This document shows, piece by piece, positions 14,127-25,412 of a DNA stretch of 64,000 nucleotides (position 1 is the first letter of the stretch; each line of letters starts with the position of its first letter). This DNA comes from Squalus acanthias (Eukaryota): NCBI GenBank assembly GCA_030390025.1, contig CM059433.1:32490001-32554000 (forward strand), read 5' to 3'. The notes beneath the pieces were generated by a model. The model searched no databases and was not told the DNA's origin. It was given only the letters and a program-made list of their open reading frames with translations. The position numbers were made by a program, and so were the translations under genes.

Positions 14127-15937
14127 CTACTTTTTGCCCTTCGAGGGTAATCTTCCCTTGCGCACTTCCCCCCTTCCCACCCTACTGCTCCTCCGTAATG
14201 GGGCACCAGTGGCTGCAGCAAGGCTGGTGGAAGGCTGCTGATTGTCAGAACCTGAGACTACAGATGCCCTTGAAGGATGGCCTTGACCAGCTCTAGGCCT
14301 GGAGGGCCTGGCTGCAGACTGCACCAACTCTGCATGGGCGGCAGCAGTCTGGGCTACAGGCGGTGGCAAATGTAATGGGAAAGTGACAGTGGTGGCAGCA
14401 GGAATGCTGTCATCTTGAGAGAGGACAGCAACTCCCTACTCGACCGACACACTGTCACTCCCACGGGGCAGCACCTCAGCATCCGGAGCAATCTGCTGGA
14501 GCACAGATTGCTGGCCTGCTGCGGCGCGGTGAGAGCCCCGGGGAAATATGTCCGAACCAGGGACAATGGCAGCAGTCAGTGGTTGCGTGACCTCAATCTG
14601 AGTCTGCATGAGACCAGTCTAAGATTGGATCACGGCAGCCAGTGACTGAATTGCAGCACTAAGCATTTGCGTGGCATCCGCCTGTGCTACAGCGTAGTGC
14701 ACCTCACTCCTTGCCAGTGCATCAGTGCATTCGGGCACCCTTCCCACTGCACCCATGAGCTGAGTGTGCATGTCCACCACCTGGGTGTTCATTTCAATGA
14801 TGAGCCGCTCCTCCTCTGCGTCCAGTGCAGCAGGACTCGCTGGCCTACTCTCCCTCCGAAGAGAAGGCCCCCGAGCTTCCCTAGCCACATCGCGTTGCTG
14901 CAGCCCACTGGGTCCCGGCGCTTCACCCTCATCAGATCCTTCCCCCCTGCTCCCCTTCAAAGACATGGTCCCAGTGTGGGCATGGGCTTCCTCGGGAGAG
15001 GGTGGCGCTGATGCTCCAGCTTCCTCTTCCTCCTCGCCTGCGGCTTCGCTCCCACTGGCAGCTTGAGGGCCCGTCTCCTCAGCTGGTGAATCACCATCTG
15101 AAAGCAGGGAGGTACAAGAGTGGCTTTAGCGTGAGGACAGGGGGGCAGTAAGGGAGAAAGTAGTGGAGCAATTTAGTAAGTTGGATTGAAAGTGTCAAAG
15201 CCTGGTGTTGTGAGGGACAAGTGGAATGAGAGAGGAGAGAAAGCTGATGACCTTACCATTGCTGTCCCGAACGGAGTCGGCCTTTCCAAGGGTGACGGGA
15301 TTGATTACCTGGCTTGCCACAATCCTGTGGACGCACGCCTCAAGATCGCTGAGAGGTTGCAGCTGAGGCCGCCCTCCACCTGTCCGTTGCTGCTGTCTCC
15401 TGTTATGAGATAGCTTGGCCTGTAAGAAAAAGGACGGCGTCTGAGTAAATATACAGCCATGGTCTTGCCTGATGTGCCTCACATAATTGAATAACCCTTA
15501 ATGTATGCAGCCATGGTCTTGCCTGATGTGCCTCCCATAGTTGAATAGCCCTTACTGTATGCAAGGTGTGGAATGTGCGTGTGTGTTTCATGAGAGGGCC
15601 ATAGGTGTTCGATGAGTGTTGGGCATTGGGGTTTTAAGACCCTCTGGCCATAGAGTGAGGTTGAGATGGAGGGATGGAGAGCTATTGAAAAAAAGCCACT
15701 CACCCTGATGACCCGAGTGAGGTCGTTGAACTTTTTGCGACATTGAGTATGGGTCCTGGGCACCATGCTCCTGGAGGAGATGTGCTGAGCCACCTCCCTC
15801 CACACTCTTCTGTAGTCACACGGCAAAGGCCTCCTGCTACTCTCAGAGTAGAGTATAGATCTTCTGCACTCCACCGCGCCAACCAGAGCCTCCAAGGCCC
15901 GCTCGAAGCGCTGAGCTCGTTCTCTCACCCTCTCCAT
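14127..15937 (-). pseudogene. Harbinger Myb/SANT-like gene (3 exons)
   Basis: Exon 1 15937-15704 (MERVRERAQRF...WREVAQHISSRSMVPRTHTQCRKKFNDLTRVIR, donor GTGAGT). Exon 2 15419-15257 (AKLSHNRRQQQRTGGG). Exon 3 runs from 15097 to a basic C-terminus at 14127, with frameshifts. Confidence 0.88.
15451..15563. repeat. 54-bp tandem duplication in Myb intron
   Basis: CAGCCATGGTCTTGCCTGATGTGCCTC.CATA.TTGAATA.CCCTTA occurs twice with period 54. Confidence 0.9.
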
Positions 15938-18089
15938 AGTCCTTGGCTGGAAAATGTAGTCACAGGTCTCTCCAGGCCGAGATTCAAGGCTCCAATGAGC
16001 AGGGTGTGGCTGGAGAGCAAGATAGACCCTCCCCTTTAAGAACTGGCTGGCGCCAGTGTGTCTGTGTTCCATCGCTAACTGACATCACCTGCGCTGTGTC
16101 CACGCTCTTAGTTAGTGCCTCGCTCCTCGGCCTTTGCACCTTAAGACAGGTGTGCAGCGCCTGATTTAGCGCTCCAATCACCTCCAGGGGCGATAAAAGC
16201 CAAGTTTGCAGTCAGAGGCGATAATTAGCGCCAGGTGCTAAACTTTGCACCCGGCCGATAATTGCACCCCAAACGGGGCGATACCGAATTTCTCCCCCAA
16301 AGTGTTGAAAATAAAGATTTCAATGTTAGACAGCACATTAACGGAAACTTCACACGAACATTGCATAAAACATCCTAGTGCCTACCCTTGTGTGCTGTTA
16401 GTTGGTATGACTGCACTAGGATGAGGGTGAGTGTGAGAGTTGGCTAGTGAGATGTGGAAGTGAGAATATAGATAAAGAGGGATGGATGGAGGTGTAAGGT
16501 AAGTTTGTGTGAGTAAGGATATGCAGGAGTAGGGTTGGGAAGGCAGAGTGATGGGTATGTGATGAGTGGCACAGTAGGATGAGGTTGAGTGTGGCTTTGC
16601 AGTAGCGTTTCATGATCCATTGAGATTATTGAAAGGTTCGCACCACTGCAGCCAGGTACTCCTGACAACATCCCTGCTTTTGCCCTCCTCTGCCACGTGC
16701 ATCCAGGCTGCGTTGGTCTGTTGGGGAGGTCTCTTCCGTCCATGGGAAGGGAAGAGAACCTTCATGTGTGCTGTGACTCCCTCCATAAGCATATGGTGGG
16801 AGTCATGCATGAGCCTGGGTGCAGCCGTCCACCTTTGTGCAGTGCTTGTCAATGTTTGCAGCACCTCAATGCTGCAGAACACTGACAGCTCAACTGTCAA
16901 AATCAATTTGGACATGGTCCCTTTAAGGAAAACGACTGATGACGCATCATCAAATGACATCATCAGACCCACTTCCTATTAATTGGCCGGGAACCCCGCA
17001 GGGCGGGCTTAACAAGGCCAATCTACAGAAAATAATTTTCAGAGAGCGGCTACAGGCGGAAGCGGGACCAGAACCCGCCAACCAGCTCTCCCGCCGCCAT
17101 CCCGCCTCCACCGGGAAAATCCTGCCCTGCCAGTGGGTTGAGGTACTCAGCACAGGGCAACAGGCAGCAATACTGATATAGCAAGAAAGAACAGCCAGCC
17201 CAAAATAAAAGTTTTAAGATATGTGAGATTTTAACTCCTGACAAGGCAATATAATACGCTTTACTCGAATCTTATAAGAAAGTGACAGAGTGTTAATGTG
17301 GTTGGCTTGAAAACCAAATGTGAGGGTTCAATTCCTTCCTTCCTTGTTAAGTACTTGAACAAATGTTATTTCCTCATAAGCATGATTAGGTGGAGGACAG
17401 CCATGAAGTCATTCTACATTTGTAGATGAAGTTCAACAGATAAAACTTCTCGGTTAGAGGCAAATGCTTCTCAAATAATGAATAAAAATATTACAGCAAT
17501 TCTAGAAATTTTAAAAATTATATATATACACACCCAAAATAAAAAATTAAAACATTGTATGGCTGAGTAAGTCCATGCAAGGCAAGTCATAGGAAAAGAA
17601 AAGCTGGAATAAGTACAGTATTCATGAATTAGCACAAGTGACTAAAACCCCCAATTAAGTCAATTATTTGCAGCTCGTTCTGAGTAAATCAAATCAGACT
17701 GATAAAATTGCAGAAAATTAGGAGAATCTGATTGTGTGCTGGGAGGCATTTTTGAAGTGAACTTTAATATCCTTCTCTTGGATATATAATTTTTTGACAT
17801 TTATTTTAATTAACAATTTTGAAGATTACAATAAATTGAAATCAGAAATACTTCCCAAGACAGAAAATATTGCAGCAACATCTAATTCAGAGCAGAAAAT
17901 CATTAACAAACATGAAGCTACCAAGAAAGTGCTTCCAGGTAGACCGAATACCCACACCATTAAAAAAGGGCACAAAGTACAGTGGAGGGGTAGACTCCAG
18001 TCAACTGTAAATGAACACAACTTATTGGAATGGTAGATGAAATCAGAAGAATCAGACATTTCTGCTTAGTTCTTCCTGTATTACACAGT

Positions 18090-18175
18090 CAACAGCAAGT
18101 ATTTATCTAACACCTTTAATGTAGTAAACCGTCCCAAGGCACATCACAGGAGCATTATCAAACAAAATTTGACAC
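18090..18175 (-). mobile_element. L2 3' tail fragment abutting the truncated LTR
   Basis: Reverse complement of the L2 tail seen at 2590-2675 and 43590-43690. Confidence 0.65.
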
Positions 18176-18462
18176 TAACCAGGTTGCCCGATTGCAGCCC
18201 CGAGTGTCTTTTAACAGTACCTTTTATATTCAAAAACTTGACAGCCCGCCCACGACGCAGACATCCCACTGTGTGAATAATGGTCAGCAGCTGTTTTTTT
18301 CTCTTCTTATCAACTAGTTAGTGGGCCTCAAGGCTGGTTGCACCATTTGTCTGAAGATGTTCCTGTTTTCTTTGCAATGGCTCAATAGTTCAATAGTTTG
18401 TTCTCTCAGAACTCTCAAGGTCTGCTTTCCTTATCGGTGATTAACTGCTTGCAGCCCTCACA
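18174..18462 (-). repeat. 3' LTR (partial, mostly U3)
   Basis: Colinear, diverged match to 25712-26002. It begins TGTGAGGGC on the minus strand and contains TATAAAAG. Confidence 0.85.
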
Positions 18463-18469
18463 GCGCTAA

Positions 18470-19850
18470 CCAACCCAATTTTTAGGCCTAAATGTTTAAC
18501 CACATCCTGCAGGTGGATGGTCATAATTTTTCCTGCCTTCAATTCCCCATTTTCCAGATCATTCATTTTGTACAGAATTTCTCTTAAATGATTTCTGACC
18601 GTCTTACAGATTGGTCTAGGCTGGCCAAATCAAAGCTATTAACCAGGGAGGTTCCAGTGTTAAAAACAGTCGCAGCATTATTTATCAGTCCCCGTCACCT
18701 TCTGATATGGTCCCCTTTAATGCCATTACCGACATTGTTTTCTTCAACGCGCTCAGTACTATTTTCCCCAAAGGTATCGTTAAATCCATTACCCTCCTTA
18801 GGACTCATGTGATATAACGGCTCTAATTCCGATTCCACCAGTGTTGTACTAGTCCTTTCCCAAAATCCCTCTGTTAATTCACGCATCATTCTCCCATATA
18901 ACCGCACTGTCTCTGGCTTGCACCAGTTCGGCAGTCCCACCTCGGTCACAATCAATATTACCGGCACCACCTCGTGATGCACATCATGGTACAATATCAT
19001 CCAAGTTGGGATTACTACTAACCCATTTGTCAACCACGGAGCGTGTTTAGGGCAGACAACCCGAGTTTCTTGTTGTTCTTCCTGCGGTTGTGTTTTATTC
19101 GTAGGGGAAGGGATTTTCAGGCGAACTTTCACTTTTACTTCTATGACATCTATGGTTCTGTTTACGCTTTCCGATACATGATAAGTAACACACATTTCTT
19201 GGCATAGCCCTCCCTCCTTTTCATCCAGTATCCATTGATAAGGGGGGGCAATTTTCTGCACCAAACACGAACGCAGGAGAAAGGCTGCAAACCGAGAATT
19301 CAGATCTAAAATTGACCCAATTCTTCAGTGGGCCTGGTGGGGGGTTTATGCATCCATATATATCCTCATGCTCTTGCCACCATCGTGGCCAACATAGCAT
19401 CGTTTCCCCATTGCTTTCTGATTGAGTTGGACTCCCGGGGTTCCCCCTGGGATCCCCTATTTGATGGTATCTTGTGTTGTTTCCTGTCTCTGCTTGGAGA
19501 AACCATACATACGGCTGACTCGCAGCCCCACTCTTACACTGTAATTTCAGTCCCTCTGGTAGATACCAGTGCGTTTAACTCTATGTTGTTTCATTAAAAG
19601 GTCATTTTCGCTATGAGTATGGATATCAGTGCCTTGATTAAAAGTTGTCTCATTCTCCTGAGCCACATTAACCATTTCATGTTGTGCTGTTGTCAAATAA
19701 CTGGGCATGTCAGAGACCCGTTCTTCAGTGCATCTACACCATGCATTTCCGCATATTAGTTGACTCATGCGCAACATATCACATTTGCACACATACCGGT
19801 ATCCCAATATCATACCACACTTGACATCAGATACAAGCCATTCTTGGGCT
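18470..19850 (-). pseudogene. env-like class I fusion glycoprotein remnant (Cys-rich N-term, RVKR, Ig-like domain, F2-like segment, RR*R furin site, fusion peptide, heptad repeat)
   Basis: Reconstructed by joining ORF 19813-19547, an unlisted frame at ~19570-19340, ORF 19264-18695 and read-through of the TGA at 18697-18695. This gives HIRR*R|GLINNAATVFNTGTSLVNSFDLASLDQSV then, after a frameshift, TVRNHLREILYKMNDLENGELKAGKIMTIHLQDVVKHL. Several N-x-S/T sequons are present (NET, NNT, NRT, NKT, NDT, NST). Confidence 0.72.
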
Positions 19851-20838
19851 TTTAAGTTATCTTATCAAAAGATCGGAGGTCATCTTCCCATCTCCGCCTG
19901 CATGGTCCCAATGTTTAGGGTAATGGCCAGGTTAACAAATACATTTTCCTCATTGTTCAGTATAGGCAAAGACACAACCATCTCCAAGAGAAACCTATCA
20001 ATTAATGATTCTCACCTACACTTTCCTGACTTTCAATAGAATGTACCTCAATACCAAATTGAAAATCCCTTGATCAATCATGCCCAGATGTTTTATGTTA
20101 CTCAGGGATTCACTCACACATCTTTTCCTCACCCCTGTTTAAGTTCCTGAAATTCACTCATATTCACCTAGGAAAATGATTTAAGAAAAAATTCCCATTA
20201 TTACCATTTCATCTCATTCATGAGCCCTGGAGAAACTTTAATGTCCAATACAATATGATCATTACCATTTAACCTCTTCCCAAATCAATCAGGTTATAGA
20301 GCAATTCAGTCTGCAAGATGATGGATGTTAGTTATCTTTAACACAACAGTCTCCCCCCAAAAAATATTCTCTGAATAAACAGTTTAAAAGGAACCACATA
20401 GACTGGACCTTATCAAAAATGAAATTTGATTATCCCTTAGATTTCAGGTAAATTTCCCTTTGAGTGCTTGAGCAGCAACTCATATCAATTTAGCTAATCA
20501 ATTTTAATTTCTCAAACAAATTATGTCCAGGCTTGTGATTTAATAAAAGAAGACAGAAGTAGTTGCAACCACGTTTGGATGCAAGTCTTTTATCTTCCCT
20601 CTCGAGCAATCTGTGTTGGAAGATAACACACGACTCCAAATAGTTAATTCCAAGCATTTAAAAAGCAAAGTTTTAAGTCCAATTTTACACTATTCTGGGA
20701 CATTCGAGATCCATCAATGTCTGCAGATAATAACTTAAATTCTGAATATTACTAGAGCTCCCACTGCACTTTTCCAGCAACGTTCAAGCTCCGTAACACT
20801 TTGAAGTCTTTTCTATATAAAAGAACCACTCTTGGTAA

Positions 20839-23330
20839 TTTTAAAAATTTCGTTTATGGGATGTGGGCGTCACTGGCAATGCCAGCATTTATTGCCCATC
20901 CCTAATTGCCCTCGAGAAGGTGGTGGTGAGCCGCCTTCTTGAACCGCTATAGTCCGTGTGGTGAAGGTACTCCCACAGTGCTGTTAGGTAGGGAGTTCCA
21001 GGATTTTAACCCAGCAACGATGAAGGATCGGCGATATACTTCTAAGGCAGGATGGTGTGTGACTTGGAGGGGAACTTGGAGGTGGTTGTGTTCCCATGCT
21101 CCTGCTGACCTTGTCCTTCTAGGTGGAAGAGGTCGCAGATTTGGCAGGTGCTGCTGAAGAAGCCTTGGTGAGTTGCTGCAGTGCATCTTGTAGATGGTAC
21201 ACACTGCAGCCATAGTAGGCCGGTGGTGGAGGGAGTGAATGTTTAAGGTGGTGGATGGGGTGCCAATCAAGCGGGCTGCTTTGTCCTGGATGGTGTTGAG
21301 CTTCTTGAGTGTTGTTGCAGCTGCACTCATCCAGGAGAGTATTCCATCACACTCCTTACTTGTGCCTTGTAGATGGTGGAAAGGCTTTGGGGAGTCAGGA
21401 AGTGAGACATTCGCCACAGAATACCTAGCCTCTGACCTGCTCGTGTTGCCACAGTATTTATGTGGCTGGTCCAGTTAAGTTTCTTGTCAATAGTGACCCC
21501 CAGGATGTTGATGGTGGGGGATTTAGCGATGGTAATACTGTTGAATGTCAAGGAGAGGTGGTTAGACTCTCGCTTGTTGGAGATAGTCATTGCCTGGCAC
21601 CTGTGGCGTGAATGTTACCTGCCACTTATCAGCCCAAGCCTGAACGTTGTCCAGGTCTTGCTGCATTCGGGCATGGACTGCTTCATTATCTGAGGAGTTG
21701 TGACTGGTGCTGAACACTGTGCAGTCATCAGCGAACATCCCCATTTCTGACCTTATGTTGGAGGGAAGGTCATTGATGAAGCAGCTGAAGATGGTTGGGC
21801 CTAGGACACTGCCCTGAGGAACTCCTGCAGCGATGTCCTGGGGCTGTGATAATTGACCTTCAACCACCACAACCAATTTCCTTTGTGCTAGGTATGACTC
21901 TAGCCAGTGGAGCGTTTACCCCCCCCCCCCCCCCCGCCCGATTCCCATTGACTTCAGTTTTACTCAGGCTCCTTGATGCCATTCTCTGTCAAATGCTGCC
22001 TTGATGTCATGGGCAGTCACTCTCACCTCACCTCTGGAATTCAGCTCCTTTGTCCATGTTTGGACCAAGGCTGTAATGAGGTCAGGAGCCGAGTGGTCTT
22101 GGCAGAACCCAAACTGGGCATCAGTGAGCAGGTTATTGGTGAGTAAGTGCCTCTTGATAGCACTGTCGATGACACCTTCCATCACTTTGCTGATGATTGA
22201 GAATAGACTGATGGGGCGATAATTGGCCGGGTTGGATTTGTTCTGCTTTTTGTGGACAGGACATACCTGGGCAGTTTTCCACATTGTCGGATAGATGCCA
22301 GTGTTGTAGCTGTACTGGATCAGCTTGGCTAGAGGCACGGCTAGTTCTGGAGCACAAGTCTTCAGCACGATAGCTGGAATGTTGTCGGGGCCCATAGCCT
22401 TTGCTGTATCCAGTGCGCTCAGCCGTTTCTTGATATCACGTGGAGTGAATCCAATTGGCTGAAGACTGGCTTCTGTGATGGTGGGGACCTCAGGAGGAGG
22501 CCGATATGGATCATCCACTCGGCACTTCTGGCTGAAGATAGTTGCAAACGCTTCAGCCTTGTCTTTTGCACTCACGTGCTGGGCTCCACCATCATTGAGG
22601 ATGGGGATATTCATGGAGCCTCCTCCTCCCGTTAGTTGTTTAATGGTTCACCACCATTCATGACTGGATGTGGCAGGACTACAGAGCTTTGATGGGGTCC
22701 GGAATCAATGTTGACCACTCCCAGGGCCACTCCTTCCCGACTGTATACCACTGTGCCGCTGTCCTGCCGGTGGGACAGTATATACCCAGGGATGGAGGAG
22801 TTTGGGACATTGACTATGACTATGTCAGGCTGTTGCTTGACTAGTCTGTGGGACAGCTCTCCCAATTTTGGCACAAGCCCCAAATATTGGTGAGGTGGAC
22901 CTTGCAGGGTCGATTGGGCTGGGTGTGCCATTGACGTGTCCGCAGCAGAGGTCGATGCCGGGTGGCCCGTCTGGTTTCATTCTTATTATTGTGTTATTTG
23001 TTACAACTGAGTGGCTTGCTTGGCCATTTCAGAGGGCAGTTAAGAGTCAACCACATTGCAGTGGGTCTGGAGTCACAGAAAAGCCAGACTAGGTAATGAT
23101 GGCACATTTCCTTCCTAAAGGACATTAGTGAACAAGATGGCTTTTTACGACAGTCCGATAATTTCATGGTTACCATTACTGATACTAGCAATTATTCCAG
23201 ATTTATTTAATTAACTAAATTTAAATTCCCCAGCTGCCGTGATGGGATTTGAACTCATGGGCCTGGATCATTAGTCCAGGCCTGCACTGGATTACTAACC
23301 CAGTGACATTACCACTACACTACTGTGCCC
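20839..23330 (-). mobile_element. tRNA-headed EN-RT LINE, copy A (internal deletion), inserted in the ERV
   Basis: RT motifs NYRPISL, QFGF, DIKAAFD, GVPQGSVLGP and MFADD. The endonuclease N-terminus reads GLVPKLGELSHRLVKQQPDIV. A tRNA-like 5' head ends at 23330. About 750 bp are deleted at ~22690 relative to copy B. Confidence 0.92.
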
Positions 23331-24615
23331 TTACACCAACACCACTCATATGGCCCCCAGCTTAAAAGAAAAAACAGACAACCTATTGTGGCTTTCCTGC
23401 CAGCCCAATGGGTTAATTCGTCAATTCCTGATTCCCTTCTGTCAATGTGGGGAAACATCCACTCAAATTAAAAACCTTAAAAATTTAACAATGCCCAAAA
23501 TGTTTACAATACACAGCTGCTTGTGGAATTAAAAACAGAGTTCACAGCTGCTTGTGAAAAGAGTTAACTTTTTTTTTAGCAATTCAAAAGAAGACAAACA
23601 CAAACATCATTGTCAGCTTGTGTCACACAGCTTCTTGAAGCTTTCAAGTAAATTTTTAAAACTTGCCAATAAAAAAACTGTTACTTTTGCAAAATCTTTG
23701 TGCCTTAAAAATTTGCAAAGATCCTGATCAATTCAATTCAGCAAGTAAAAACATCAGACATCATTAGTAACACCACTACAAATATTTTGTGAAATAACTC
23801 CACACACAACAATAGCATTCCCCCTTTTTCCCCTTGATCACGCATACTTGAAATTGGTCAGAAATTTTAAAAATACCAATTATTGACATGTTTGCTTCAT
23901 GTCCAGAACTGGAGGCTTTCACAAAATTTACACCAACCAGAATCTCACCATGGCCATAATAAAAGTCTGGTTTTAATAGGTTTATTAACCTCAATAACTC
24001 CAATTTAAATCAGACCAATATCTTAAACTAACTAGTGCCACTTGAAAAAGAGGGAGGAGCCACAGTAAAGAAACATTCAGATATGCTTTGTATACAACTC
24101 CTGACATTCACACTGAAAACAAAAAACCTGCAGAACAGTAGAAAAGAGTCATGATCTTCCCTTTTCTCCTTTCTTTATTTCATCATAGACTAATTGTCAA
24201 ATCCTTAGAGGGTGGGGTCTCAGACTTTCACAAAGTTTTCCCCAATTCTAGGTGCACAATCTTAAATTGAAATGAACATACCCAACATATTCATACTTTT
24301 TCAAAACTTCCAACATCCAAGACAAGACTTCAAAGGATTAAACGTCTTTTAGCTCTATGCACAGAAAAGTGGGTGGAGCTAAAACAAACACAACAGACAC
24401 TCTTTTAAAGACAGACTTTCAGACAAAAAGGAATACTGTAACTTCTTAAAATTCACAGTCAGGAAAACTTCCACACACATTCACACAAACTGAAATTCCA
24501 GCATCCTTTAAGGTTCCTTTGACTCTGCAAATCTTGTGTTTTATTTGTCTCGGCACAGAAACTGATAGCTTCCATGTCAGTAAAACTAAGTTTCTCTTTT
24601 TTTCCTTCTTTTAAA

Positions 24616-25373
24616 TCATCGTCTCAGCAACTTTTCCTGGCTCCCCAAATCCCTGTTTTTTTTCATCCTTTGCTGAGCTTTCAGATTGACTAGCCTGCAA
24701 CTTACATCTTTTTCCCTCTTTTTCTCGCACTGTCTCTCCTGTTCTTTATGCTTCTTGTCGCTTTCCTTAATCTGCTTATTACATTCAGTGTGATCCCCAC
24801 GGGCATTCCGTTCCTCTAGAGCCTGCTTGTGGGTGACCCTAAACGCAGCTTTCAGGTCCTTAGACCTTTTCTGCCCGATGTCTGTTTGGATAGTTCTTTT
24901 GACAAGGCGTCGCACTGATCCTGATTATTAATACACTGGCTCCCAGGGTATTGTTCTTTGCTAGCCCACCTCTCCTTTTCCTGCTCAAACTTTTCCTCGA
25001 GCCTTCTCTTACTTTCCTTTACTTCCTCGACCTCCTTCTTTCTACTTTCTCTTTTGTCCTCCAATTCCCTTTCTTCCTCCAACTCCTTCAGAAGTCGGTT
25101 TACCACTGCTTCTCTGTCACTGGCTTTCTCTGCCATATCCTCTATTTCCCTTCGTAACTTAATCTATTCACGCTCATCGTTCTCAACCTGCCTTTGATAG
25201 GCTAACAACTATATGGCTTTCATTATCCGCTGCCGACATGTGGACCCTTGTGTCCATTGTTCAGCCTCATAAACTGGGTCATCACCATTAATAATGGCCC
25301 ATATCCACCTCTTCCAGATAGGTAACTTTCCTTTCACATACTTTGTGACTAACGCATCCATTGTCTTTGCCAT
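24616..25373 (-). pseudogene. gag-region coiled-coil ORF of the ERV-like element (disrupted)
   Basis: ATG 25373 lies 16 nt downstream of the PBS and reads MAKTMDALVTKYVKGKLPIWKRWIW..., continuing through stops into a long E/K/R-rich coiled coil (ORF 25136-24852). After a frameshift it continues as DLKAAFRVTH...DHTECNKQIKE. No capsid or zinc-knuckle motif is seen. Confidence 0.65.
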
Positions 25374-25389
25374 TGTCTGCTCTGAACGG

Positions 25390-25407
25390 GTCCCTGTTCA
25401 GGCACCA
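25390..25407 (-). promoter_or_regulatory. Primer-binding site complementary to tRNA-Lys(UUU)
   Basis: The minus strand reads TGGTGCCTGAACAGGGAC versus the canonical Lys3 PBS TGGCGCCCGAACAGGGAC (two CpG-type C>T changes). It lies 5 nt from the LTR end CTTACA. Confidence 0.9.
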
Positions 25408-25412
25408 AAATC

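Larger units (their letters stand above)
12166..16298. mobile_element. Full-length PIF/Harbinger transposon (element H2), nested in H3
   Basis: TIRs GGGGGAAAAATTC / GAATTTCTCCCCC with AAA TSD at 12163-12165 and 16299-16301. Convergent transposase (+) and Myb (-) genes lie inside. Confidence 0.95.
11880..17127. mobile_element. Internally deleted Harbinger of the H1 family (H3), inverted relative to H1 and split by H2
   Basis: 11880-12165 matches the reverse complement of the H1 transposase 3' region (GGCCAGGGATGGCCT...ATGGCCAGATTTACTT). 16299-16830 carries a Myb 3' end, intron and exon 1 (GRKRPPQQTNAAWMHVAEE...WLQW). A TIR GGAAAATCCTGCCC ends at 17127. Confidence 0.8.

Noticed and set aside
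17794..18036. 80-aa plus-strand ORF preceded by a T-rich tract; possible host exon
   Set aside because: No recognisable domain, weak splice sites and no partner exons.
23245..23330. tRNA gene
   Set aside because: It is the tRNA-derived head of a retroposon, with no complete cloverleaf or terminator.
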